Assembly (NCBI GenBank): GCA_003971905.1
Contig: RSEE01000022.1
Span: forward strand, 124,001-188,000
Length of the DNA stretch: 64,000 nt
Direction: 5' to 3'
Source: Moniliella sp. 'wahieum'
Lineage: Eukaryota
In this document: positions 53,834-64,000 of the stretch, piece after piece
Position numbering within the stretch: the first letter of the stretch is position 1
Layout of the letters: every line of letters begins with the position of its first letter
Program-made: the position numbers and the translations under genes
Notes under the pieces: generated by a model
Seen by the model: only the letters and a program-made list of their open reading frames with translations
What the model was told of the DNA's origin: nothing
Database searches by the model: none

Positions 53834-54561
53834 CGTCCATATCATTGACAGAGCCTAAGGCTGGGACAAGGGGAAATGCTACGTCTATTGAAACCGAACC
53901 GTCCATCTTGCGGGGGTTAGTTGGAAGCGCCAACAAGGTTAAGGAACCAGGGGGATCGCCAGGATATCAGGACCCTCCGGTTCTCGCCATCCGGTCCCGT
54001 AGCCTAGGAAGCGCGTGTGGATACGGATGAACACGAGGTTGACATCCGAGCGAGGAACCATTTCCATTGAGACTCAGTACTAGCCAAATCCTGACAATGC
54101 GCAAATATCTTGCCCGGCGCTGTCATCTTTTGGTGCTGTAGTATCCTCTCGCGTCGTCAAAACCAGGGGGGAAAACGGCTCTTGAGTGCATCCCTGCCGT
54201 ACTTGGCGTTCTTGTCGCATTCTGCTTGTTCAAGCAGCCGAAGCAGCTCCTTATCCCGGTGTTCCAAGGGTGTCGCGGTGCTCTTCTGATGCACCACCCT
54301 CCGGTACGCGCTCTGCGCCTCCTGCGATCCCGTGTCGCGCAGCGTGTGGTTTACCTCCATTCCAGATCCGCGGAGTGCTCCGGGCCCCATCACGCGGTAG
54401 TCGGTGCGCTGTGCCCTCCGTCCGCGCCTCGTCCCATCCTCTTCCTCCACAGTAGGTTCGTTGCGGACGTGGGTGTCGGGGACGGAGCGCACGAGCTGGA
54501 GAATGGGCTCCCGCACTGCCTCATGCAACGCACCAAACTTGGCCTGGGAGCGGGTGCAATA
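53834..54561 (-). mobile_element. 5'-truncated CRE/R2-like non-LTR retrotransposon (copy 3)
   Basis: YCTRSQAKFGALHEAVREP..RTDYRVMGP..MEVNHT; 3' UTR followed by AATAAAAAAA (T-run 53810-53816). Confidence 0.85.
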
Positions 54562-55460
54562 TAAAACTGTCAAATCACATGCATCACCTCTCCTTCGGGC
54601 CTCGGCCTACCTCGGCTGCTTGCGACATCTTGCTCACTTAGTAGTAGGAGGACCCCGGGGTCGTTGCCCAGTGCCCATATAGATATCTGATCCTCAACAT
54701 GCAACGAACTGGCCTGTGTTTTCACGCCAAAGTATACCCGGGACTAGTACTATAATGCACTGCAAGGACCCACTCGATCGAGGGCAAAAAGTTGGGGAAT
54801 ACATCCATCCGTCTATCCACACAGTCTTTACTAGTGGTCGCGGTGTGCGCTGGCAGCTGTTTCTATAGTAGTACAGTTACTCCGCCAATCACCTCGTCAT
54901 CGATTTTTATCTTCAACTGGACATCCCTCTCTTGCAGTTAGCGTTGTCAGTAACCCAGAGAGGGCTTAGCCAGGCAGACCGCCGTGTATAGTAGCACCCG
55001 ATTCATCAGTCAGTATGGAAATCGATTTGCCATCTGGTATACTAACCAAACCGGGAAGGTGCATATGAAACTGCCCTCAGCATATCATAAAAAGTGTACT
55101 ATCGGTGTGCAACTGAGTTTGAGACGCATATGTGGGGGTCTTTTAGTAGCCCCAGCTTAGATGCGCCTCACTCGTCAAACTCAGGTTGGGGAAGGTCTGA
55201 CTGACTGCAGTGGTTGTTACTTACTAATCTTTGCCACCGCCCTGTCCGAACGACGAGGACACATCATGTGCGCGATTCAAATGACGCAGATGATGCAGAT
55301 CGATGTGATGCCGAGCGCAGCGAGTAGGTCTGGACAACTGCCTCGCAACCCTTCCCGTCCGATATGCCATGGAGAATATACATGTGCAGCGATAATTCGA
55401 TAGTGTGCGGACTCTGTTACTTTTGGTCCGTCGTTGTCTCACAGTCGGGGCGAAGGCGAT

Positions 55461-55567
55461 GGATGTAGCACTCGTTCGTGGGGAGGAAGCAAGAATAGAG
55501 AGGACAAGGTGCGAAGCAGAAGGACAAAAAAGGAGCGAGACGCTCGGGATGAAGTAATTTCAAATGA
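55461..55567 (-). repeat. Dispersed non-coding repeat A, second copy
   Basis: Reverse complement aligns with 10338-10439. Confidence 0.8.
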
Positions 55568-55878
55568 GAGCAGGAGATAACGATGCCAGTCAGAATCCAT
55601 TGTTCTTTTGCACTGCGTATGATACGGCCCCCACCTCCGACCCCGTGGGTTAACGAATATGACCAAGGAGAACAGCTTTTTCTGGCATGTTAAACCAATC
55701 GTAGCATCTACTGATGTTGAATAAACATATGAATAACAAAAACGTACGAGGACTGAGCCCACAGCAAATCTTAGAACCGAAACAAGAAGCATGGAGAAGC
55801 GACTGCGAAGACGGACGAGAGAAATAGACGGAACGACGAGAGGGGCCGGGTAAGGGAATCAACAATAATAACGGTCAG

Positions 55879-57135
55879 TCATGGAACCTGAGATAAGCAG
55901 AGACTGAGCTCCATTGCTTCGCATGCGTGGAGCATATCGAGGAACTGATCTTGCACGCCTTCAATGGAGGGCGCAGGGGAAGGAAAGACCGAGGGGGGCT
56001 GCACAGCAGGTTGAAGGGTAGAATCAAAGTATCCCGCTACAGATGCAGTGGGAACAAAGAGCGGTCCGGGTTCGTAATGGGGCATGGTGAAGGGGGAAAG
56101 CAAGTCGGGTGTGGGAGCAACGCATGAGGGCGAAATGATGTGACTGCTCGCGGCAGAAGAGTGCACCAATGGATGAGTTATCACGTTGTTGGAAGGGAAA
56201 ATGGACGGAGCGAAGTACCCGGGTAATCCATCGCCACCGTTCAGTAAAGACCCACACTCTGATGAAGAGATGCTCGGATCTCGGTTCCGCATTGGGCCGG
56301 GTGGAAGCAGTTCAGGGGTAGTAGTAGGGGACAAGGCATCTAATATGGCAAAGAGGGGGTCAGTTCTGGTGTTCTCATGTGGATCGTGAGGTACTCACAA
56401 GCCCTCCATGCGTCCGGGTACAAACGCTCTTCCGATCCGTTGTGGTAGCCCTCTTCCTCGGTCGAAGAAGTGATGAAAGAGGGAGAGGCTTTCTCCCGTT
56501 GCGAACGGGGGGAAGTGGAAGGTGAGCCTGCTTGCTCCGTCGTGGATATTTTCGGCGGGTATTGGTGTGGGGGAGGAGGGGGTGCGTCATCCTTGCTCTT
56601 CCGCTTGAGCAAGCGGCGATTGTATGCCGCGCACCGTTCGCACTGCCTTTGGTCCGTACAGCTCATGCATGCTAACCGAAAGGAGGGCAAGGTAAGTATG
56701 TGACGGTTCTCACTTTTATACCAGACAAGAAACAGCTTTGCAGGCGAGGGACATACCCTTGTGCTTATTGAGTGAGAGCGAAACCGTTTTCTTGTCCCTT
56801 CTTTTTTGACGTGCAGCCTGGCATGGCGTACGAGAGAGTCTTGGCGAGTAAAGGACTACAAATCAGGATTGCTGGTGAGCACAACAGATGCCGTGATGGA
56901 GGGTCAAAAGCAGAGGGGAACACACCTTGGGGCACCAAGGGCACTGAAATGGCTTTTTGTCAGAGTGGATGTACTCGTGCCGTTGGAGGTGGAGGAGACG
57001 ATGAAACTCGCGGGAGCAGACGGTGCAGGTAAAGATGCGATGCTCTCCTTCGTCGCTTGCCGGGCGGGAGGGCTGTCGGCGGCAGTTCCTACCAGAGGAG
57101 GACTGCGTGCGGAGGGACGAGCTGGACGCTGGCAT
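55879..57135 (-). CDS. Transcription factor with two C2H2 fingers and a probable Zn(II)2Cys6 cluster
   Basis: FTCTVCSREFHRLLHLQRHEYIHSDKKPFQCPWCPK/intron/SFTRQDSLVRHARLH, then LACK.CFLSGIK..CTDQRQCERCAAYNR; Pro/Ser-rich tail. Confidence 0.8.
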
Positions 57136-57359
57136 ATAGTCGCACAACACGGAGCAAGGGGCGGGAGGGGACGATGGGAGACGCGCGATGGAAGAAGAGT
57201 GGAAGAAGAGCGATGGAAGAGAAGGGCTCTGGTGAGCGAGCTCTGAGGATTAAGGGGTGGGTCGGAATGCTGCGGGGGTAGGGGGGGCGCAGAGGGAGGC
57301 CAACGGGTGGATATAGAGCGTTTGTATATGTATGGTTTCTCTGGTGCCCCCGCGTGATG

Positions 57360-60300
57360 CTCAACGCAACGAACGTTGAAGTTCAACGGTCAACCGCTCA
57401 AGCTTCAAGCTCTCAAGCTCAGGATCTGGATCAGGTCCTGTGGGCAGATGGATTGAGACACAGCATGGATGATGTCCGATGACTGATGCAGTTTGCCAAA
57501 GGCACTACTCCGCTCGGCTCGCGGACTCATTCGTAGGGCGCCCCGCCATGTGATTGGGGGGGACCGGGACATACGCGGCATCCCGACCCGGCAGCTACTG
57601 GGAGGCAGCACAACGGTTAATCTTGAGACGGCCAGAAGCTCAGGCCTGAGGCTCAGGCGCAGAGGTGCTCCGCTTCGGTGTCGGCACCTGAGCCGGGTGG
57701 GCTGGACAGGGAAGGCGATCTTGACTGCATCTTTTGACTTTCTGTACGACCCTATAGTCACATCATATGTGTCTTGTGACATGTGACTAGTGACTAGTAG
57801 GGACTGCCACATGTCACACTCATCCACGCGTTTGAGATTTGAGATCTGAATAATGAATGGCTAGTAGCATTGCATTCTCCGATCTGGCGTGCATTCTGTG
57901 AATTTGCAACAAAACGTGTACTGATGGGTGGTGGCGTCGCCCTTGGTGCTGGACGCTTTTTCAGCGCAAACTGAGCGTGACGAACGGTGCTGGGAAGGAC
58001 ATACGCCACTCCAGGAAGGATAGGGGGTTGGGCTTTCCGATGCCGGGTCCAATAAGGCAAACTTGGCAGCTCTATCGGCCGACCGAGAGCGTGCTCAGCC
58101 TGAGCGCCCATGGTGCCTCGGTCACCTCTGGGGTGGCGTGGCCAAGGCGGACCAAGACGCCCATCTCCGGCACTCAGACGGGAGCCTCAGGCCCCAGGGT
58201 ACTCGATACTCAGGTGCGTGCAAGCTAACCGCGCAGCGCATACCGCCCAACCCGCCCCAGTGCCTCTGCTGCTTGCCCCCGCTCTAGCTCATCGACACGG
58301 TGGCCAGCATGGGCGAAGCGAAGCTCCGCAGGTGGCTCACCAGCGCCCCTTGCCCTGCAACCGCACGAGGGACACCTGTGGGCGGTCCCCGCGGTGCCTG
58401 GTATAGGAGCTGCTGAATGGTTAATGGGCGTCGCTGCTATGGGCATCGCAGGGCATCGCACTGGCGCCGCTGCGGAATGGTTTAATGACTAACGCGATGG
58501 AACGATCAGGTGACCAGTGACCGATCATCGATCACCGGCACCAGCCGACCCGTGAGGGGCGCTGTTGCCGTTGGCTGCTGCTGGTGGTGGTTACGTGCCC
58601 CTACTAGGTGCCAGTTTACTTGGTATTAGCGCTTGGCCAGCGTTTGCAAATTATTAGCGCTTCGCGCTTAGTAGCGCTTATTAGCGCTTCGTGTGTCTTC
58701 GCAGCTGCCATCGATGATCGATCAGGTCTCAGATGATCGATGATGTTGATGATGCCTGTTTCGGCTGTGGTGTGTGCCTAGAACCTCTGGATATCGTGGC
58801 CGGTGAAGCTGACCGTACGTGGTGGATATGCGCCCATTGCATGCCCTGTACGCCAGTAGCCCTGGGATGGTATGGTTTTGTTCCCACCACTTGAGGCCTG
58901 GTCCTTTTGAGTGATTCCCCAGAAATACGATGGTGCGGGCAGGTGGTATCTGTGTGATCTATATCTACGAGTCCCTGCGGAGTCACTTTTTGTTGGCTTT
59001 TGTCATCATTATACCCCGGAATGATATGTCCAGCAACGGCACCTCTCCGTTAATTATTGCTGTTGTATTGTTGTGGCCTGCAGCGCGCTCTCTCGACGTT
59101 GGCCCCACAGCCACACCGGAAATACCCTGCAGAAATGCAAAGCAGGTCTGAGGATCTGGAGCGAACCCTTGCTGACAATAACAACCTTAAAATGACCGCA
59201 GAAAAGGACTCGCGATGCCCTTAAAAATGTGCTTAGTAGGGTGGAGTTGTTGACCTGACCGACCTGGGTGACCGGTGACTCGGTGACTCTTTGTGTTAGC
59301 GAGGATAGACGAGCTAGAGACAGCCCGAGGGCTAGGCCCTTATTATTAAGGAGCTGCGAATGCGAAGCAAAAAGTTGCCACCCTCTAGCGCTGCGCTCAG
59401 CCTGAGCCGTGAGCTCACGCTCAGGGTTGTGTACGTTGAGTACGTTGGCTGAGGCTCGGGCTCAGCGGCCCAACGTTAATGACCGTGGTCAGAAGCAACT
59501 AGACTCGTAATGATCGCCTTGAACTTTTTCTGAACGGGGATATATTTGTCGTTTGGCACTTACACTTGGCATTAAGCTTTAAGTTTTTGAGCATACTCAG
59601 TGGCTCAGCGCTGAGGCTCAGCGCCCAGCGCGCTCAGCGCTCAAAGTGTTAAACGTTCAACATGTTCAGTACGTTCAACTTGAACGGTGTGCGTTGTGCC
59701 TTCGTCACGCGTCATGGCGGCAAGGCCCACCCCCTTCAGGCATTGCGCTCAACCAGCGCCCACAGGGCTCTCAAAAGCTGGCCATGCATCCGATATCTAT
59801 ATCAGACGACGAATGTCACATGTCAGTGCATGTCAGATATCAGACCTCCCCAGTTTCACGAATTGAAAGCACACACACCTACGTTTTCACTCGAGTACCG
59901 CCGGGCAAATACGGTCCGGATCGGGTTCTTGCCAACAGGCCCACCGATATATTTCTTTTCCTCCGATGCCCACAACCGGCTTCTCGCCGGCTTCACCGGC
60001 TCAAGCACTCAGGTTTTCAAAGGCTAAACGTGAGTCGCTGCCCATCCTATCCACACGACCGAGCTGCCGGAGGCTTCCGGGTCCATCACAGGATATTGGG
60101 AGAATTTCATAAAGGTAAGACAGGGAAAAGCTGGGCCTAGTACTGAGCCCTTGGGCCGATTTAGGCCGACAGTAAACAGGGTTCGGGCATGCTCCGACGC
60201 GTGACGCACTTGGAACATGAAGGTGACCGGTGACCGGTGGTGGTTGATCGATGATCAGTGACTAGTGACTTCCACCGATGACCGGGTCAGGGCCAGCTCA

Positions 60301-62130
60301 AATCAACATCACCTGTGGCGATACCGGGTACATACTCGGCGACAGGTGACATGTGGCATGTGACCTGTCCCTGGTGTTGTGTGATACAGATGCATGATGG
60401 CATGTGTTACGGATGCATGGCTTGTGCAGGTGACATGTGACGCGTGGCGCGTGACATGTGACGCATGAGCATGACGCGTGACATGTGTCGCCAACCGCTT
60501 CAAATCTCGATGTACCTGAAAACGTTCTATAAACTGTGGGGCGACCGGTGATTGGTGACCGGTGAGAGCCTTGGCCAACTCAGTTTGGCCAACATGGCAT
60601 TTTGAAAGACCCTATCGCCTCGGACGCTGCCAGACAGACTCTCGAGTCCTCCACGAGTTGGCGCTCTCCTGATCTACACGGCGATGGAGGTCGCGATGGA
60701 TGCTGAAAAGAGGAGCCACAGAAGGAGGCTATTGGTGTAGTCGCTGGCTTTTTGTATCTCGGCACATGTTACAGCTGCGTGTGTGCACCACCGCCTTCGT
60801 CGGGGTCCACGGAGTCTCGGAAGCAAGTGACTGTGACTGCTGATGCATGATTCAAGTGATGTATAGTAAATAGCAACTAGTAACTAGAGGGCCAGTATGC
60901 GCTACTCTACTACGTTGAACGTTGAGGACGTTGAAGCTTGAACAGCTAGTTTGAAGCCCAACAACAGACCCCACCGGTCACCGGCCTCGCTGAGGGCTAC
61001 GGCTGTGGCCTAAGAGGCCCAGCCTTGGTGTGGTCCTAGTGCACGTTCATTGTAGGCTCAGAAATATAATGGAAGCATGTTCGCAACCCATTAATAGTAC
61101 TCGTCATGTCACATGTCATACGACAATGCAGCGTACCTCAAAACGAAGTGCACATGCCCCCTCCCCGCAAGGCCGATTTTCGCCAAGCATTTCCTTCAGG
61201 TACCGCAGACCGTGGTTAGACAAGGCTGGCCGCACCGCCACCGGCCACCTATTAGCAGGCGCAGGCCAGAAACAGCCTCGTCGGGATTGTCTTGGCACTG
61301 CAATTTGCGCATTCTTAATTGTGTTGGCGGGATGGGTTTAGAAGAGGGACTCAGATTGAATCGTGAAGAAGTATTCCGACGGGTGCACGCAACATCTTTT
61401 GCACCGTGCAAGCCCGCTGAGCGCTGATGAAGCTTGAAGCTTGAAGACTCTCAATTCCTGTACACGTCAATGATCGACGACGATGAGAAATGTTCTGGTA
61501 CCCATCATCACCAACCCCCCTGCCATCACAACAAAGGCTCTGGGCGCTCAAAACCACTTTTGTCGATGGACAAGGCGTTGCTTGAGAAAGAGGCAGACGT
61601 TCGTGTAAGAATGGGTTTTCGCTCGCATCATCATGTCAACCATGCGACTCATGAGCTGATGCTTTGTTAACCGATCGTCTCAGGTACATCCGATTTTAGA
61701 GGCCACGTTGCTTCGAAGAGGAGTCAAGCCCAAACCCGCATCATGAGGGACAGAAAAGCCATACAAAAAAGCACATCTAGATACGATCGAGAGGAAATAT
61801 GCCTTTTCCTCTATCACGCTAACACTAACACACTATAGCACACACGCTGGTTCCGATGGTATATGGACATCGAGATCGAGATCTTGGAGAGCTTTCTGTA
61901 TCATAGACACAACTTCGGCACCTGGGGAGATCTGATCGATCGACCGGGCGGACGCGTTGACGGTCGACGGGGAGAAGACTTCACACACTTCATGTGTTTT
62001 GTGTGTGCTTCCCAAAAGTTCCCCCGCACCGTCTAGCAGTGGCTTAGTGACCATGGTAGACAGAGACTGTTCGGGATGCACGTTAGTTGTGCAGTGATCA
62101 CATGTCACATGTCGCATGCCACGTGACGTG
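57360..62130. repeat. Densest cluster of TNA/palindrome heptamer arrays, upstream of the zinc-finger gene
   Basis: 57775-57795, 58509-58536, 58624-58690, 59600-59690, 60222-60270, 60429-60490, 60914-60943, 61418-61444. Confidence 0.88.
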
Positions 62131-64000
62131 TATCATTGAAAGGACTCTTGTTGTCACTTTTCCCCATAACCGTTGCATCAATCGCGCGAACCACTGCGGT
62201 CCCTACTACTACTAGCCCAAATGTATAGTGCTTTCATCGACTTGTGATGCATTCGTTAGCTCCTGCGACAACATGAATCAGCGGCGTAAACAGAAAACCG
62301 TGGAGGACATACATCCGATTTGAAGATGGCCCGCGGGAAGATCGAGTTACAGAAGGACCTGACGCTGCCTGACTGATCGACGCGGCCATAATGCATAACA
62401 GCGCCGAGCGCGAACTGCAGCAAATGCCCGACTTTAACCATAAAGTCTCGCACAGCAATCTTCCGGCCACTAGTGACTCCATTTGTTGTGACGAATGCTT
62501 TTGGGATACGCTCCTCGGTGAGTTCGGTGAGTACACCGAGAAACAAAAAGGCCACACGAGGATGTGAGAACCAGAGTGCGATTGACACACGCGAGCAACT
62601 AACTTTTTAGCATCAGGGCCCAGACCTTCAGGGCCAACCTAAGATGGGAGGCAGTTAGAGTCACTAAACGAGACGGCCTCCAGGGAACAACAGTCGAGAG
62701 CCTAGCCCCAATTTTGTCACCATTTCTCTCTTTGCTGATACTGACTACTCTTTGTCACCGTCGCATTTCGCCCTCTACACCTGCACCAAACCTCTGATCT
62801 TTCTCATTTCGAGTGTCTCGCTGCCCTTGTCGATTTCGGGATGGCCTTTGGCCGTGAACTGAATGCCATTCCTAGTGAACAATTTACTGAGTAATAACAA
62901 GAATGTGGGGCGAAGGAGTAAGAGTATATATACAAGGAGAATCCACCCGTGGAAAGCGCCAAAATCGATCCCTACAATAGTCAATACCTTGGGTGTGATC
63001 AACGTGGCGGGGGCAAACTCTTATCGGACCCGACGATGATCGATGAGATCTGAGAGGCCTCGTCTCTGTGCCTTGAGTTTGACGTAACAACTTCTCTCCG
63101 GTAATTCATTAGTTCGACCATTGTCCCGAAAAGGACGGATAGGAGGCACCCGTCGTCGCTAGCAGCTCATGCCTACAAACCAGCGGCACATGTACACCTA
63201 TATGTCAGCCCAGAACAGAAGCATCGTTAAACACTTTTTGCATTCGCAGAGGGGGACAGCAAGTGAGATCTGAGAAAACACCGTATTCTCCCCTCTCCTC
63301 CACCTCCTGTGGTACGGAGAGGAAAATCCCGTCGTAAGACTAGATGACCACCATGTCTGTATTCAACCTGATCAAGACCGGTTCATGCCTGAGGCCTGAG
63401 GACGGAGTGCCAGTAGGGCTGGCTATACCATAGGTTGTACTTTGCGCCGGTACCTCGAAACGTTTTATTGACACGACGGTTGACGCGCACAGCAATGTTA
63501 TAGACCCTCCACTCTCGTGACGTGGAGATGATAGCGTGGCTAGACAGACAGTACGCGACGCTGGCACTAGGCCACTGCTATGCCTGCGCGAGTGTGCGCC
63601 TTTTCCTATTCTCCTGTGGCATGTGAGCTCTTTCGCTCTTCTCTCCACTACCGACACCGGCTCGACTCTGTACTTGGTTCGCCTTCTCCGTGTTCGGACG
63701 GTTCGGCTCCCTAGCCCGTTCAGTCATCAGTAGGGGGAATATGAGTGCCGGCCAGTTGGTCACGGTGCTACAAACTCGAGCGGCACCCACCATTAAGAGA
63801 CTTTCCTCTCCCCTTCGTCAAGAAGACAAGCGGGCACACCACCAATGATCAACAATATACTTGAGCAGTGGACTAAAAGTCAGTCTTACACCCAAGAGTC
63901 TCGTAATACAGGTCTACCACGATTGGAAGCGAATGGCGAGAGCCAGAGGGGCGGAATCCTGACCTGCTGGCGACTCAACGATCCGCCTCCTCTTTGGTTG

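Noticed and set aside
57360..62130. CRISPR-like interpretation of the repeat/spacer arrays
   Set aside because: Units are 3+4 bp in a eukaryotic genome with no cas genes; not CRISPR.
62775..63002. TIVGIDFG motif suggesting a RuvC/TnpB-Fanzor or Hsp70-like fragment
   Set aside because: Isolated 8-residue match in a short ORF with no supporting downstream motifs.
63360..63470. Possible cytochrome P450 relic (DRFMPE then F.AG.PRN)
   Set aside because: Needs several assumed indels and there is no ExxR motif; too speculative.

Overview
Eukaryotic fungal DNA, most likely a basidiomycete (Ustilaginomycotina-like judging by protein style and short GT..CTRAC..YAG introns). The assembly is clearly uncorrected: even essential genes (RPL18, ATP2, NOT1) carry many single-base frameshifts, so gene ends are approximate and frameshifts are not called pseudogenes. 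Recognisable genes: RPL18, a CMGC-type pseudokinase, a PTR2-like peptide transporter, a Slm1-like BAR/PH protein, REV7, ATP2, a DHA2-type MFS transporter, NOT1, ATG2, THR1, LCB1, an ankyrin-RCC1-BTB (Btb1/IBTK-like) protein and a C2H2(+Zn2Cys6) transcription factor. Mobile DNA: three 5'-truncated copies of a CRE-clade-like non-LTR retrotransposon, a gag-only Ty3/gypsy-like ORF, an LTR-like segment and two non-coding dispersed repeats. The most unusual signal is a recurrent 7-bp grammar in the long intergenic regions: TNA triplets separated by 4-bp palindromes of many different sequences, chained in register. It looks like the accumulated scars of a site-selective insertion/excision or repair process. 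One dispersed-repeat pair suggests such units were gained in only one copy.
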